A DNA stretch of 57,147 nucleotides, the filler included, from Jimgerdemannia flammicorona (lineage: Eukaryota): NCBI GenBank assembly GCA_003990765.1. It is 3 parts of 3 records of this genome, joined end to end, with 100 filler letters (N's around TTAATTAATTAA, not from the genome) between each part and the next. Parts side by side here need not be neighbours in the genome. Positions count along the whole stretch, not along the records: positions 1 to 18,991 come from RBNJ01002056.1; positions 19,092 to 38,071 come from RBNJ01002057.1; 1 more part is not named here. One strand, written 5' to 3'. This document shows positions 11,694 to 24,932 of the stretch, in pieces. The notes below the pieces were generated by a model. It was not told where the DNA came from, searched no databases, and saw only the letters and a list, made by a program, of their open reading frames with translations. Numbering within the stretch: the first letter of the stretch is position 1; every line of letters begins with the position of its first letter. Both the position numbers and the translations under genes were made by a program.

Positions 11694-12671
11694 TTACTTC
11701 TTGGACTTGATCTTCCTGACGTAGAATTCGAGCTCCTTGCCCTCGAGAATATAACCGTCGGCGCGGCCGGATTGGCCGGGACGCGAGGAGATGATGGCTG
11801 AGGAAGAGGAAGGCAGGGCAAAAAAGGGAAATGAATATGCAGTTTTTGGGCACAAGAGAAAGAAATCAAGTTGTCAGAAGAGAGATGAAGCGAGGTAAAA
11901 CGTACCGTACAGGCGACCAGTGATGAACTGGTCATCCAGAAGAGGATCAATCTTAGCAGCCTCCTTGCGGCCGTTAATCTTGCGTTGGACGTGGTGGGAG
12001 CGCTTCTTGGCCAGCTCCTCGGATTCCTGAGGAGAGAAAAAACAAAGGACCATGTTATATGCTCAATTCTATGCATACAATCGGTAAGCGACACGACAGA
12101 ATCCGCCTTAACATGATCGGATCATTCCTCCTCCTTGTCGCCACTAACCATTCCTGCACACACACCACACCCATGCAGCCACATCCCTTCAAACCCAATA
12201 TATCCTCCTTATGACCAATCTCCATCGCCCCACCTTCCTCGTCCAACCAACCCACAAATCCTCCCAGACACTCACAGGAGCAGTAGCGCTCTTGGCCTTC
12301 CTCTTTCCCAAGGGCTGGGCGTAGTGGGCCTCGTACCACTGGCGGAAGGGTGTAGCATCGACCTGAACGACGGCGCTTTTGACAAGGGTGTTCGTGCGGA
12401 CGAGCTCGTTGTTAGAGGCATTATAGACGACGGAGATGAGGCGGGTCTTGCGCGTCACGGACTCGGAGCCCCACGCGAAGTTGCCGCTCTCGAGACGCAT
12501 CGCACGGAATTTGATGTTACCACCCCGCACTCGCACTTTGTGGATGCGCTTCGCCCCGAGCTTCGTGTGTGCAGCCTGCCGACCCAACTCGAACTTTCTC
12601 TTCTTACGGAACTGCGCGCGCTTGGCACCAGTCGCGTTGCGCTTGTGGCGGGAGTCTCTGCTAATACCCAT
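11694..12671 (-). CDS. RPS8: 40S ribosomal protein S8 (eS8); exons 12671-12276, 12026-11906, 11797-11694
   Basis: [11 protein letters not shown]...[18 protein letters not shown]...[30 protein letters not shown]. Two GT-AG introns give an intact frame. Confidence 0.97.
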
Positions 12672-12764
12672 GATTCCTGTGATCTTTTCTTACGGATGGA
12701 TGGACGGTCCCCGAAGAAATATGAAAGAGGGGATTTCAGGCTTATCTGGTAAGTGAATCAAAAA

Positions 12765-13237
12765 TGTAGCAGACTTCTCTTGAAAATAGTGACTTATTCC
12801 TTAAGCAGCAGACTTCTCTTCAAAGCTTTATATTGAACAGTGGACCAGAGTGGGAAAAGTAAGCTCACAATCTTCTAGTAGTAGTTTTAGAGTTCTTCTT
12901 AAAGTATAGTAGATAGACTTGTCTTTTGCTTTTGAACTTTTTGAACTGAGGTTTATTCACTCTTATCTATAGAGTATTTTATATAGTTGTAGTTGCTATC
13001 TGGTTGCTATCTGGTTAATTATAGAATACACAGTATAGTTAAATATAGTATATAACTTCCACTATACCCTCAGAGTACAGTACCTTCAAGGTACAGTACC
13101 TTTGAGGTTTAGTTGTCTCAATCTAGATATCTGGTACTATTTATATAGTTTCTGCAGCAACTAAGTAACTATGAGAGTAACTATGATATGTGAGGGTCAT
13201 GTCATCTAAATATCTGATACTTATGTCATACATCACA
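12765..13237 (-). repeat. 3' LTR of Gypsy element 1
   Basis: Minus strand reads TGTGATG...GCTACA (TG..CA), directly after a purine-rich tract. Contains TATATAAA and AATAAA, and is homologous to the LTR sequence at about 25150-25470. Confidence 0.7.
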
Positions 13238-13275
13238 TCAGTCTCCACTAAAGGATAGTCTGTCCTCAGACTATC

Positions 13276-13777
13276 CTTTAGTCATTATTTCAGTAGATAT
13301 AAGTATCTTCTGCACTAATGCCTATACTATCATCTATATTAGAGTCAGGGTCACTTCATTCAAGATCTGAGTCTTATTGCTCTATCTTGGAGAATAAGAA
13401 TCTTATTATAGTATACTTTGAAAGATAGCTTCATTTATCTTTTAGATGTCATTAAGATGAAACTGTACTTAGACAAGTGCTCTCTCATAGTATCTATAGA
13501 GTATATAGATCCTTCAAGTGGCTATGTCATTTTGGCAGTTTAAATATACAGGCCTTCTTGTATATATGGAGTCTTGAAGGGCTTATCCAATAAAGAAGTA
13601 GACTTATAACTGATGAATCTGTAGCAATCTCTGGACTATAGCAAGATTTTCAAGGTACTCTTGAATTTATCTGCCTGAGGTTCCTTGGGGTTGGCAAAAT
13701 ATGGGTATAGAAATAGATAGAGACTGCAGGAAACTGAGGATAAGGGTCTGAAGGCACTGGTCAATTCTCTGATTCAT
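13276..13777 (-). pseudogene. Accessory ORF remnant between the integrase and the 3' LTR of Gypsy 1
   Basis: ATG at 13777 gives MNQRIDQCLQTLIL...VYFFIG*AL...IAT*RIYILYR...FHLNDI in one frame, broken only by stops of the type expected from C>T change. Confidence 0.5.
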
Positions 13778-16700
13778 AGTGTGGGGAGATATATCTTAAA
13801 GTAATTGATATATACTGGTATTCTCAGAGTTCATTCATTCATACTTCTTAAATAGATGCTGGTTTCTCTAATATTGTATACAAGATAAGATCCTTTCCAT
13901 TTGGGCTCCAATTTGGCAGCAAAGTTTATTTTGATCATACTTCTCCAAACCAGTACTTAATCTTCAATCTTCTGATTCTTCTGCTTCTGGTCATAGTACT
14001 TCTTTTGTCTTTCTTGGGCCTTGACAATCTGGACTTGGGCTTGATTACATAACTGTTCTGTCTTCTTGAGGAGTTCTCCAAGGTTCTCATGGTCAGCAGT
14101 TTTGGTTCTCTTGATAAATATCATCTCAAATGACTTTTATTTGGTAGAGGCAGTAGGGGTGTTTCAAATTTTCCATAGGATCTCAGATAAGCAGAGGTCC
14201 TAGTTAATAAGATTGACTCAGGCAAGTTCTTTCTTGATGGTCTGATTCATTTGTTCTATTATATCATTAGTTTGAGAATAGTATGATATGGTCTATTTGA
14301 GATAGATCTTGTGAATTCAGGTATAACTTGTGATTATGTTATTGATGAATTCTGTGTCTTGGTCAGAGATGAGTTCTTCTGAGGATCTATATCTGAGTGT
14401 GAGTCCATGAAGATGGCCAATGATAGTCAGGGCATCTGTGATTTCTATTGAAAAGGCTTTGGGCCACTTGGTCAGATATTCTATAAATACTCGAATATAC
14501 TTATTTCTTCTTAATATAATTGGTAGAGATCTAATTATATCTACTCTCCACCTTTGGAAGATATTGTCTAGTAGTATGATTAGTTGTAATGATGCTTAAT
14601 AATTCTTCTTTCCTTAGTACTTCTGGCAGGTATTACATTTCTTGAGCATACCTCAGACTTGTGTTCTGAGATTGAACCAATATTAGTATATTGTTTGTAG
14701 TTTTCTTCTATATTCACCTGTCTTTGGTGGGCTTTCTGGTATTCTTTTTGGATGAGATCTTCTTGTACTTTGATGACCAGAGAAGCTTCCTTTAGAGTGC
14801 AGTTCCTTAGTACACCCTTCTTCTGGTTCATTAGGGTTGGTAGGAAAGTATATCAACATTGTTGTGAGCTTTCTCTGCTTTGTAGATAATGGTAATTTTG
14901 TAATCCTGTAGGATAAGGATCCAGCAGGCAAAAATTTCAGTAAGTTCCTTACAGTTAAATATATTTGAGGGCAGTATTATTAGTTATCAGGGTGAACTTT
15001 TTTTTGATGAGATAATATTTAAACAGAGTAACTGTCCATCTAACTGCAAGGTATTTCAATTTGGTGCTGCCATAGTTGGTTTGCTGCTGATTGATAGCTC
15101 AGCTTATATAAGCTATCATATAGTATTATTGGTCAGGCCCTTTCTGGGCTAGAACTACTCTAAGGCTATCTTTAGAAGTATCTGTATACAGGATGAATGG
15201 CTTCTGTAGATTGGGGCACACAAATATTAGTGCTGTGGTCATACAGTGCTTGAGTTCCTTGAAGGCTAGTACTTGTGATTCTATCTATTTGTATAATACT
15301 TCTTTCTTAAGCAGAGTTCAGATTGGTGCAGTAATTTGGGTAAAGTCCTTGATGAACCTTCTGTAGTAGAACACTAACATTAGAAATGATAGTGTTTCTT
15401 TTGGGGTCTTGGGTACTGGCCAGTTGTTGATCTTCTTGGTTTTCTTTGGGTCTATATGGGTTCCTTCTTTTAAAACTATGAATCTAAGGAATTCAAGTTT
15501 CTATTTTCCAAAGTAGTATTTCTTAGTATTAAATCTCAGGTAGTTCTTGCAGGTAAGCTTGAAGAATTCTTCTAGGTGGTGCAGGTATTCCTCAAAATTA
15601 GCTGAATAGATGTTGGAATCATCTATATATATATATAATCAGACAGTAGTAAATCAGTAGGCCATAGACTGAGTTCATCATTCTCTAGAAGGTGGAAGGT
15701 ATATTGCAAAATCTGAAGAGTATTCAGAGATACTCAAACAGTTTTTCTAAAGCAAGAAAGGCTGTTTTCTGAATGTTCTTAGAGTTTATGGAGATCTCAT
15801 AGAATCTTGTGAAAAGATCCATACTGCTGAGATATCTGGTATCTTGTAACTGGTCCAAGAGGTCATCAATTCTGGGCAAAGGATAGGCATCTTTCTCAAT
15901 GACTGAATTGAGTTTTCTATAGTCTACACAGAGTCTCCATCCTCCTTTCTTTGGTACAATAAGTATAGGGCTGACCCAATGGCTGATAGAGAATCAGATG
16001 ACTCTATTGTCTAAGAGTTCTTAAATGTATTCCTTTTTGAATATCTTTAGGTAGTGGGGTATTCTATAGAGTTTCTGCCAGATGGGTGTTGCATTTCCTA
16101 TATTTATACTGTAGTGATATAATGGGTTATATGGTAGGTTGCCATAATTAGTGGAGAATATATCTTGATATTTATTGAGGAGTTCTACTAGTTATTGCCA
16201 TTGCTGGAGTGTCAATTCTTCTCCAATATTAGTGTAAGGATTTACTATCTTCTGAGTTATGAGAGGTCTTTTTTTTCTTCTAGAACCTTTTGTTATTTTT
16301 TGATAGATTTAGCTCATAGACTTCTCTGTAGATTCAGTTGAGGAAGAGTACTAAATGTCCTATGATGATTCCTTTTGGCAGGATGATGCTTTTCCAGCTC
16401 TGGTTGATTGCTCAGGAGTGTACTGGATTCATCTTATCAGAAAATATATATCCCTCAATGTCCAGGTTCAGGATGTCTTTATTGAGTTCAAAGAAGTGAT
16501 TTCTGAGATTGGGTAGTATAAAGATTTCGAAGATAGTTTGCTCTCCTGGCTCCAGGATGAGGTTCTTGTACAATTTGATTGATTGGTAATATACTTGTGA
16601 GAGGGCATCCTTCTTGAGATAGTTGACCTAGAGAAGATATACTTCTTTCTTATCTGAGCTTCCAAATTCTTTGGCTTGTCTTGTTCCTTCAGTCAGTTTG

Positions 16701-18991
16701 GAGACTTCTTATAATTAAGGAGTCTTGACTTTTATGAAGACTGCTTGAGCAATCTTCTATCTTCTAAGAATTTGGTACTATTCTGTACCACTATTGTATA
16801 AGATGATGTTAATTTTGCCTATGTATTCTGGATCTATTATTCCTCCTTCTACAGTTACTCCTTGTCTGGTAAGTTCAGACCTTGAGATCAGCTGAATGTA
16901 AGTTCCTTTGGATGGCTATATGGCTAGTTCTGTCCCAAATACCAATGTTCTTCCAGGCCTATTGGATTCATCCTCCAAACTGTAGAGATCATACTCTACA
17001 TCTTCTTGGTGAGCTTTGGTTGGAGGTTTGGCCTTGAAATATAGCAGGACATACTGGGCAACATCTTTGCTGAGTTCAGGCTATTTTTGGGCTGAAGCTC
17101 CATTAGCAGAGAGCCTTCAGACTCTGAGGTTGAGGTGCAGCCATCTGGCTTTAGTAGAAGTATCTTGGAGATAGTTGATTTCTCTTTTTCCTGTGAGATC
17201 TAGGGCTTCCATGAAGTTGGTGGCATCTTCTACCCATTCTTAATGAGTTATATGTCTGATGAGAGCTAGGATATCTTCTCCCAAATCATAGATCTTAATA
17301 GTTTTTCTTCCTAGTTTCTTGGCTTGGCTTTTTTGGATCTGAGTTCTGTTATCTCCTCTCTTCAATGTATAGATTGCAATATCTTGGCTGAGGTGAATCT
17401 TCTGGTGCCTGCAGTCTCAGCAGTCTGAGTGTATTTCATAATTGTAATATTTGATTGCTTGAAAGTGCTGTTCTCAGTTATTGATCTCTTGTTATCTTGG
17501 GAATTGGTATCTATCTTAATTATAAGTTAGTAGAAGGGTAGCCAAGGGATATACTTCTGTTTGAGTATAAAGGCCTTGTCCTCTAGCTTGGCTTTGTAGT
17601 CTTATAGTGACTTCCTGAAAGATAGTTGACTATACAACTATAGTTGGGAGTTCTGGCCTTTGGGGTCTCTAGCTTTTTTATTGATCCAGTAGGTGGCACT
17701 GATAGCAGTAGTCTCAGAGAGAGTAGAAGACTATTTGATGTAGATATCTTCCTAGTCAAAAGGCTCTTTTTTGGTAGATTTCTTGCTTTAGAATAATGGG
17801 ATTTATACTGGGTCCTTTTTTGATATTCAGGGATCATTATCTTCTGGTGGTATCCAGTGAGAGTCATCCCAGAGAATGAGTTTAAGGACTTCTTCTTCTT
17901 CAGGTACTTCTTGTTCAGAAACCTCTTACTCAGAGGTTTTTTCTTCCTCAGATGACTCTTGACCCCAGATTGCTTATACTTCTGCAGCTTCAGTTGTGGG
18001 TGTCTTTGGAACATATCTACATTTCTTCTTTCTTTTTCTGTACTTGGGGCAGGCTATGCCATGCAAATTCCTTGTTTCAATGATTTTGGATGAGTGTTTA
18101 GAGTACTTATGTCTTTTGAGACAGATGAGACTTCCTTTGATCTGTTCTACAATAGCTCTGATTGTGATGGGGATGATATTTCTGACCCATATATTATCTT
18201 CTGACCTATCATCTACTAGATTGATTCAGGGATTGAGCCTGAGATCATTTCTATCTTCAGATTCTTCTTCCTCTTCTGTAGTAGACTCTTTACTATTGAC
18301 ATATTTTTTCTAGAAGATGACCTTCTTCTTCTTCTTTGATTGCTTATAGCTGGTCACCTTAACTCTGTACTTTTTGTCTTGGTAATCAAACTTGAGTACT
18401 TGTTGACCAATATCAACAACTGCATTCATTTCCTTCATCCAGTTGGTACCAAGGATTATATCATAGGTGATAGCTTAGTGACAATATTCTGTAAGATGGA
18501 AAACTAAATGTGTCCCAGAGATATAGTAATGTTTCATACTTCTCCAAAGGGTTGAGTTCAGGCTCCATCTGCTACTATGATACTGAGGTTGGATAGTCTA
18601 TTACTGGACTATTGGAGGGTGTCCAGAAATCATTTGGTAATGATACAGACAGCTACTCCTATGTCTATGAGGATTTTTGCTTTTTGTCCTTCAATATCTC
18701 TATATAGATAGGTGCTGACATATCTCTCTACAGCTTAGATAGAGGTAAGAGCTGGTTCTTGCTGTGGAATTAGAACTTGACCAGTGCTAGACCTGGTGAT
18801 TCTTAATAACTTATTTCAGACTCCAGCTGGTATCAGTTGCAGGAATAGTAGGAGACAGACTTCTATTTTGATTTTTTGAATCTTTTGCTAGGCTTCATTA
18901 TAGATATCTCTGGACATGGTCTTCAGGGTATACTTTTTTTTAGGCTTTGAGGCAGCAGGCTCTTGTTCTTCTTGCTCCATTTCTTCATTCT

Positions 18992-19091
18992 NNNNNNNNN
19001 NNNNNNNNNNNNNNNNNNNNNNNNNNNNNNNNNNNTTAATTAATTAANNNNNNNNNNNNNNNNNNNNNNNNNNNNNNNNNNNNNNNNNNNN
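18992..19091. other. Assembly gap with TTAATTAATTAA spacer
   Basis: N run with a central ttaattaattaa (stop codons in all six frames). Confidence 0.97.
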
Positions 19092-22000
19092 TTTTTTTTA
19101 TAGTCCCTTGGACTCTGTCTTTATTACCAGTCTATGAATAAGTATACAATATCACCACCCACTATCCGATCCCCATCGGGTGGCCCCACCCCACCTCATC
19201 ATGTATAAAGACTACCCTCTCACCAACAACTCCAACTCTCCCCCCACTCTGACCACACATTTTCACCACCAAGCAGTGCCTCCGACCCCCCTGCAGCCCC
19301 CAACCAAGCCACCAGCCTGTTAAGGTATCCTCCATAAGGAACTGCCACCTTACTAACTGGCTCCCCAAGCTCGCTCGCTTCTCCTTCTCAAATACAAATA
19401 GCCAGTGGCCAGCCAGCCCAACCCAAATAGCCAATGCCCAGCCTGGAGTAATCCACTCTTCCCCAACCCCTCCTATCAATTGATCCCTCAGGTCCTCCCA
19501 CCTCCCCCGTACATCATCACCCCTATGCCTTACCCCCAAGCAGTCCCCAATGGCCTGCCAAAAGTCTCCCAACACTTCACACTCCTCTAGCCAATGTTGT
19601 GGCATCTGTACCAATCCCCCTTCCTGCCTGACATTATGGCACTCCTCGCAGTCAAAGCAGCCCCCTACAACAAGGTGTCCTGAGCAGAAGTTAAGCATCA
19701 CATTCCTCCTTAGTATATGCCACCAGACTACCCAGTACTTTGGCAGCATCCAATTCTTCACTGCGGTACTCCAGGTCCAAACCCCATGCCAGTCCCACTC
19801 CTTACCAATTCCAACTCCTTGCCAACCACTAGGCCACAGATCCTGGCCTGGACCCCTTTGACATTCGATACCATCACTAATGTTGAACTCCAGTAAAGGC
19901 ATGCCTCCCAGAAGAATGCTATCCCATCTCCATATCACCGGGTCCCAAGCCCTCTCCCCCTCATCCTCTTGCCAGCAAATACCAATGCAGTGTGCCCCCT
20001 TGGCTCTCCCCCACCAGAAGCCTTTATATCTCAGTTGTGCAGTGTTCTGAAGCCCAACCAATGAAAGAAGATCACCAGTCAAGCCTCTAGGCGATGTCCA
20101 CCTCTCCCATATCTTCTGCAGTAGGGGGACCCAGCCCCCTCCATGCAACTCCACTGCCCTCCTCAGCCACCAAGCCCTCAAGCAGTGTAGTCGTTTGGAG
20201 AAGTCCACCAGCCCAAGAGCACCTCTCGCCACTGGTAGGGACAAAGTCTCCCAACCAATCTGACTCCATCTGTCAGCCCAAATCCATCTCTTGGCCACCT
20301 TCACCAATCTCTTCACTACCCAGGCTGGGAAGTCCAGATGATAGGCCAAATGCCACAGCTTCGGCAACCAGTATACATTCAAAATCAAGATCCTTCCTGC
20401 CAGAGAGAAGTGTCGACCCCTCCAATCCCGCAGGTCCTCCTCTCAAATTCCAATCCTCTGCTCCCACCACAGCCTGGGCAAAACAGACCCATAGACTGAC
20501 AAATAGATGTCCAAGTACCGCACTGCCTCTCCGGTGGGGACAATTGTTCCAATAACTTCTCTGCCCACCAAGCCATTGCCCAGCACCATTGTTTCGCACT
20601 TGTGCCAATTCAGCTTCACCCCAGAGTTCTCCTCATACCACTCCACTGTCTTCCGGAGCTCCTCGATATCTGCAGTCACTCCCAAACCAACCACCATGTC
20701 ATCTGCAAAGGCTCCAACCTTCCAGCCAATACCATAGATAGAGAGCCCCACAATCTTCCGCCGAATCCTGTCCATCAGAGGTTCCAAGGAAAGAGCATAC
20801 AAAATGGGGGACAGTGGGTCCCCCTGGGGCACTGCCCTACCCAGAGGGAAAGCCACCCCTCGATGCCCATTGCACATGAGCACAGCCCTACTCCTTTCCA
20901 GTAGGCTGACCATTGCTGACCAAAATGGGCCTGGAACTCCAATTCTATCTAATACTTTTGCCAGCCAGACTCGCCATACCCAGTCATAAGCCTTCTCCTG
21001 ATCCAAGAAGACAAGACACCCATCTAGTCCACAGGCTTGAGCACCTTCAATAACTCTATATACCCAGGCTGTGCCATCTCTAATAAGCCGACCTCCTATG
21101 AAGCCCCTCTGCTCAACACCCACAATTTGCTGAGCTACCTTCTGTAGCCTTGCGACCACCACCTTAGTCACCAACTTCCTGTCCATATCTAGCAACATTA
21201 TTGGCCACCAGTTCTTCCAATCCTCTCGCCTTCCCTTGTTCTTATAAAGCAGCATCACCAGCCCAAGGTCTTGCTCCCCCACCCATCTCCCTGACTGCAA
21301 TATAGAGTCACACAGTGCTGTCAACTCCCCCAATATGCCTGGGACTCCAACCATTCGCTTCCAGAAGTCCCAAGGGAGGCTATCCTCCCTAGGTGCCATA
21401 CCTGAGGCTGTCGCGGCAAGAACCTGGTGGATCTCTTCCTCCCTTACAGGCATCACCAGTTCACCTAGTCCCTAAGCTTGTGGTGGGTGCCAATCCTCTA
21501 ATGTTTGGTCAATGGCTGTAGCATCCACCCCACCCTCCTCCTCACTCCACAATCCACTCCATTGCACCTTCAGCGTTCCAAGGATGTTCTGTACACCATG
21601 CACTAGTACATCATCCAAGCCAAGTACCCCTTCCCACTGCTGCTGTATCCTTCTTGCTCAAAGTATCCTTGTGAGAAACTTGGAAGGCCTCTCCCCTTTA
21701 TCCAGCCCCTGCCAACGAAGCTGTGCCACCAGGCCTTGCACCTTTGACTCTTCCTCTTCCCACAGCACCTGTTGCAGTTCCCCAACCTCCATCTTCACCC
21801 TCGTCATTCTCCAATCCTCTTCTCCCTCCACTGCTGCCAGTCTCGCCCACTCCTCCAGGAGCCTAGCCAATCTAGTAGAAGCCCAATGCACTTTCTGCCT
21901 TCACTGCTTCCCAGCCACTCTGCCAGCCTCACTCCAATACATCCTGGCCATCTCTTTCAACCTCATCCACCGAACCCCAATCGCAGCCCCTTCCTGCTGC

Positions 22001-24930
22001 CAATTTGCCACCTCTAGCTGAATATCTTTCACCCACATCTCTCACCGGGCCTCATCATCCAACAAGGAGGAATTTAGGCACCAATGTCCAGACCCATCCC
22101 TACTTCCCCCAAAATACCCCTGTCCCAAGAGGCCCTAGTGATCTGACCACAGACACCATTCTACCTCTAACACCTTCCAAACATTGCAGCCCCAACAGTC
22201 GGCTGTCAGAATCCAGTCAATCCTTGTCCCTAGACCTCCAGCCCAATGCATATATACCCTCCTGTCCCCCCAGTGCTCCCTACCAGCATCCACCAGTGCT
22301 CCTAGCTGTTCAACCTCCTCCCATGTCGCCAACCCCCCACTCATGCTCTCCACACCCCATCCTCCATCAGTTCTATCCAGCTGTACATCCTGAACCATAT
22401 TGAAATCTCCTCCAAGCATATCCAACCCAGCTTCAGCAAGGATCCCACTCTCCAGGAGCCCTTTCACCCAATCCACATGCTCCCCCTGCACAGCAGGGCA
22501 GTAACAGGAGCCAATGGTGACCAGCTCCTACTCTGCATGAATCCACTCACCCCAGACCAGTCTCTCCCCCCAGCTCCTCACATCCTTTATCTCCCCTCTG
22601 CCTTTTCGAACCAGAATCCCAACCTTGCTGTTCCAAGTCGCCATACCACCCCATTCCTTAGTCCATTCCATCCTATCAGCATCATTCTTGTACCTGACAT
22701 CCTGTAAGAGGAAGAGATCAGCCTCCAATCCCTTCAACCAAGTAAAAATATTCCTGCATCGAACTGTGCCCCTCAGCCCATTCACGTTCAAAGAAAAAAT
22801 GTTAGTTATACTGTTCATAGTAAAATACGGTTTGTTCTCAATCAATCTCTACTGCTCCATGCCCCTCTCCTCCTACGCCGTGTCCAGATTATGTTCAGCC
22901 ATCACCTCCTCCTCTTCCACCCTCTGAGCCTCCAGTCCAGCCAACAGCTCATTCATCTCCTCATCAGTCTTCTCCTCAAACTCCTCTCGATACTTGATGC
23001 AAGCCTCCTGCCAAAGCTGCAACCCATGATGCCTGTTCCAACAGTACTCAGCCTTCTCCCCAGCAACCACCACCAACTCTACCTCCCTCTCCTTATCCAC
23101 CTCATACCCTTCCTCCTCCAGATATACCACGAGAATTTTCGCCTTTAGCGCCATCGCCACTCCTTCCCCCTGCAAAATTCTCATCCAGTGCTTGTCACCC
23201 ATCCCACACAAATCCACCTCCCCTAGCTCTTCTGCCACCAGGTTATTCATCATCCAGCATATCCAAAGTAGGTTCCCCACCTCCTTTCCACCAGGGGTTG
23301 CTGGCCTCCCTCCATCCAGCATTGTGGTGTCAGCTCCTGCACTCGCATCCTCATCCCATACCTCCGGGACATCCACCAGTTCCTCCTCCCCTGCCTCTAC
23401 TACTCAGTCCCCATCCAATACCTCTGGAATACTAAATTTTACCTGCTGGGTCCCCAGCATCATCACGTCCTCCCCAGACTTGTTCCTGGAAGCCAGGCCA
23501 TGCCTGATAAGAGGGGAAGGGGTGGGGGAGTTCTCCCAGACTTCATCCCAAACCTCCAAGGTGCCGTCAGCATATAGGTCGCTAATCTTCACCTCCTTAG
23601 CCTTCCCTGACTTTGCCCCCTTGTTCCCACTCCTCTCACCAGCCCAGACACTCGCTCCGGCCCCTTCTGCACCCATCTTCATGCTCGCATCCTTCTGTGG
23701 TCCACCCCCCAACTTAGCCAGCAGATCCTTCTGCCTCTTCTGCCCCTGAGCCCTTTCCCACTATACCTTGTCCACTTGAATCCTCTTTCCATCCACCACC
23801 TCCAGGAGTGTCGACTCCTTGAAAGTCTTCCAGGCCTTAGCTCGCCATTCCACAGCCCCATCCAGTTCCTCCAGCGCTTCCAATAAATCTTCCTCCTCTT
23901 CTTCACTTCCTTTCACCCATGTCACCTTGCACAGGAAAGCTCCCCAGACCAACACTGCAGGCCAGTCCCTTGTCTTCCTGGTAGCCTCTTTCCCAGCCAG
24001 CCGAATCCTCACATCCACATCCCCAGTCCTGAGTGTGGTCCCTTCCCAGACCCTGAATCTGATATCCACCACCTCTCCGTACTCCGCCATGACATCCTCC
24101 ACCCTCTTCCTCGTCTCCATCACCGTCACCATGGGTACACCTTTCACCAGCAGTTGGACCACCCTTGGATCCCATTTCAGACACCGCATCATTGGAACAC
24201 ATACCTCCCCCACCACCAACCCAACCTTCAGTGCCTCCTCCAGTGGTTTGACCTCCTCAAATCCCACCTCCACCCCCTCCAGTCCCTTCAGAAACTTTAC
24301 CGAAGCCGCTCCTGCCATCTGCTTAGCAATAAGCCCCAACACCATTTTTGCTATCACTGCTAAGCCCCGGAAGCACAGCGTGACTGCAAATGCCAAGATC
24401 GACTTCTTGAGTAATGGAGCCACCGCCAGTCCCGTTACACCATCTGCCAGGTCCCTGGGCCTCGTGCCCTTCCCACCGCTCAGCTCACCATCAGCAGTCC
24501 CATCTAGATTTTTTTCCAGATCACCCATCACACCCCCATCAGCAGTCTCCGCCCCAGCCACTACCCCCCCAGCTCCACTCCTATGGCCCTCTAGAGAGGT
24601 ACCCCCAAGAGGTTGCTGTCTGGAAGCCGCCACCGGTATCTTCCCCCCTCTCAGCCAGCTCTCCAGTCCAGCTCCCTGCCGACCCCCCTTCATCTTCTCC
24701 ACAAAGCTCACCCTGCCAGACCCTTGACCTCCAGCTCTGCCCTCTCCTCCACCATGGCCCCCCACCAGCAGGCCCCTCATGCTTCCCCCCAAGCTGGGGC
24801 CTCTCCCCACTTGTTGCCATTCAAATGCTCCAGGGCCACCCTGCCCAGTATGCACCTCCGGATGCTCGTTGGTCACCATGATACTAGTAGCTTTTCTCCA
24901 GAAACTGTGTCAAAAGTGTTGCCAAAGGGT
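19092..24930 (-). mobile_element. Near full-length L1/Tx1-clade LINE, disrupted (ORF1 about 24879-22873; ORF2 about 22818-19162)
   Basis: APE endonuclease motifs SLNVNGL, LLQD, GGDFN, RIDWI, SDH; RT motifs FLDQEKAYDWV, PQGDPLSP, FADD; LPVARGALGL; C-terminal CxxC..H. ORF1 has RRM-like YGEVVDI. T tract (poly(A) tail) abuts the gap. Confidence 0.93.
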
Positions 24931-24932
24931 TG

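Larger units (their letters stand above)
12765..18991 (-). mobile_element. Ty3/Gypsy LTR retrotransposon with dUTPase (PR-dUTPase-RT-RH-IN), degenerate; 5' part lost in the gap
   Basis: Minus-strand remnants: protease ILIDIG (~18670); dUTPase EYDLY..ISRSEL..GGIIDPEYIG..IAQAV (16700-17050); RT WRLCVDYRKLN..DAYPLPRIDDLLD and YIDD (15600-15950); RNase H PFILYTDTS; integrase WRVDII..EYLTKWPKA and LEPKWKG. Many stop codons; almost no CpG. Confidence 0.92.

Noticed and set aside
12027..12275. Possible intronic snoRNA in RPS8 intron 1
   Set aside because: No canonical RUGAUGA/CUGA pair or clear rRNA guide could be identified by eye; an Infernal/snoscan run would be needed.
18992..19091. Palindromic TTAATTAATTAA within N runs (also at 38072-38171)
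   Set aside because: Artificial scaffold spacer; adjacency across these gaps is not proven.
23192..24727. Long Ser/Pro/Thr-rich plus-strand ORFs
   Set aside because: Antisense shadows of the purine-rich LINE ORF1.
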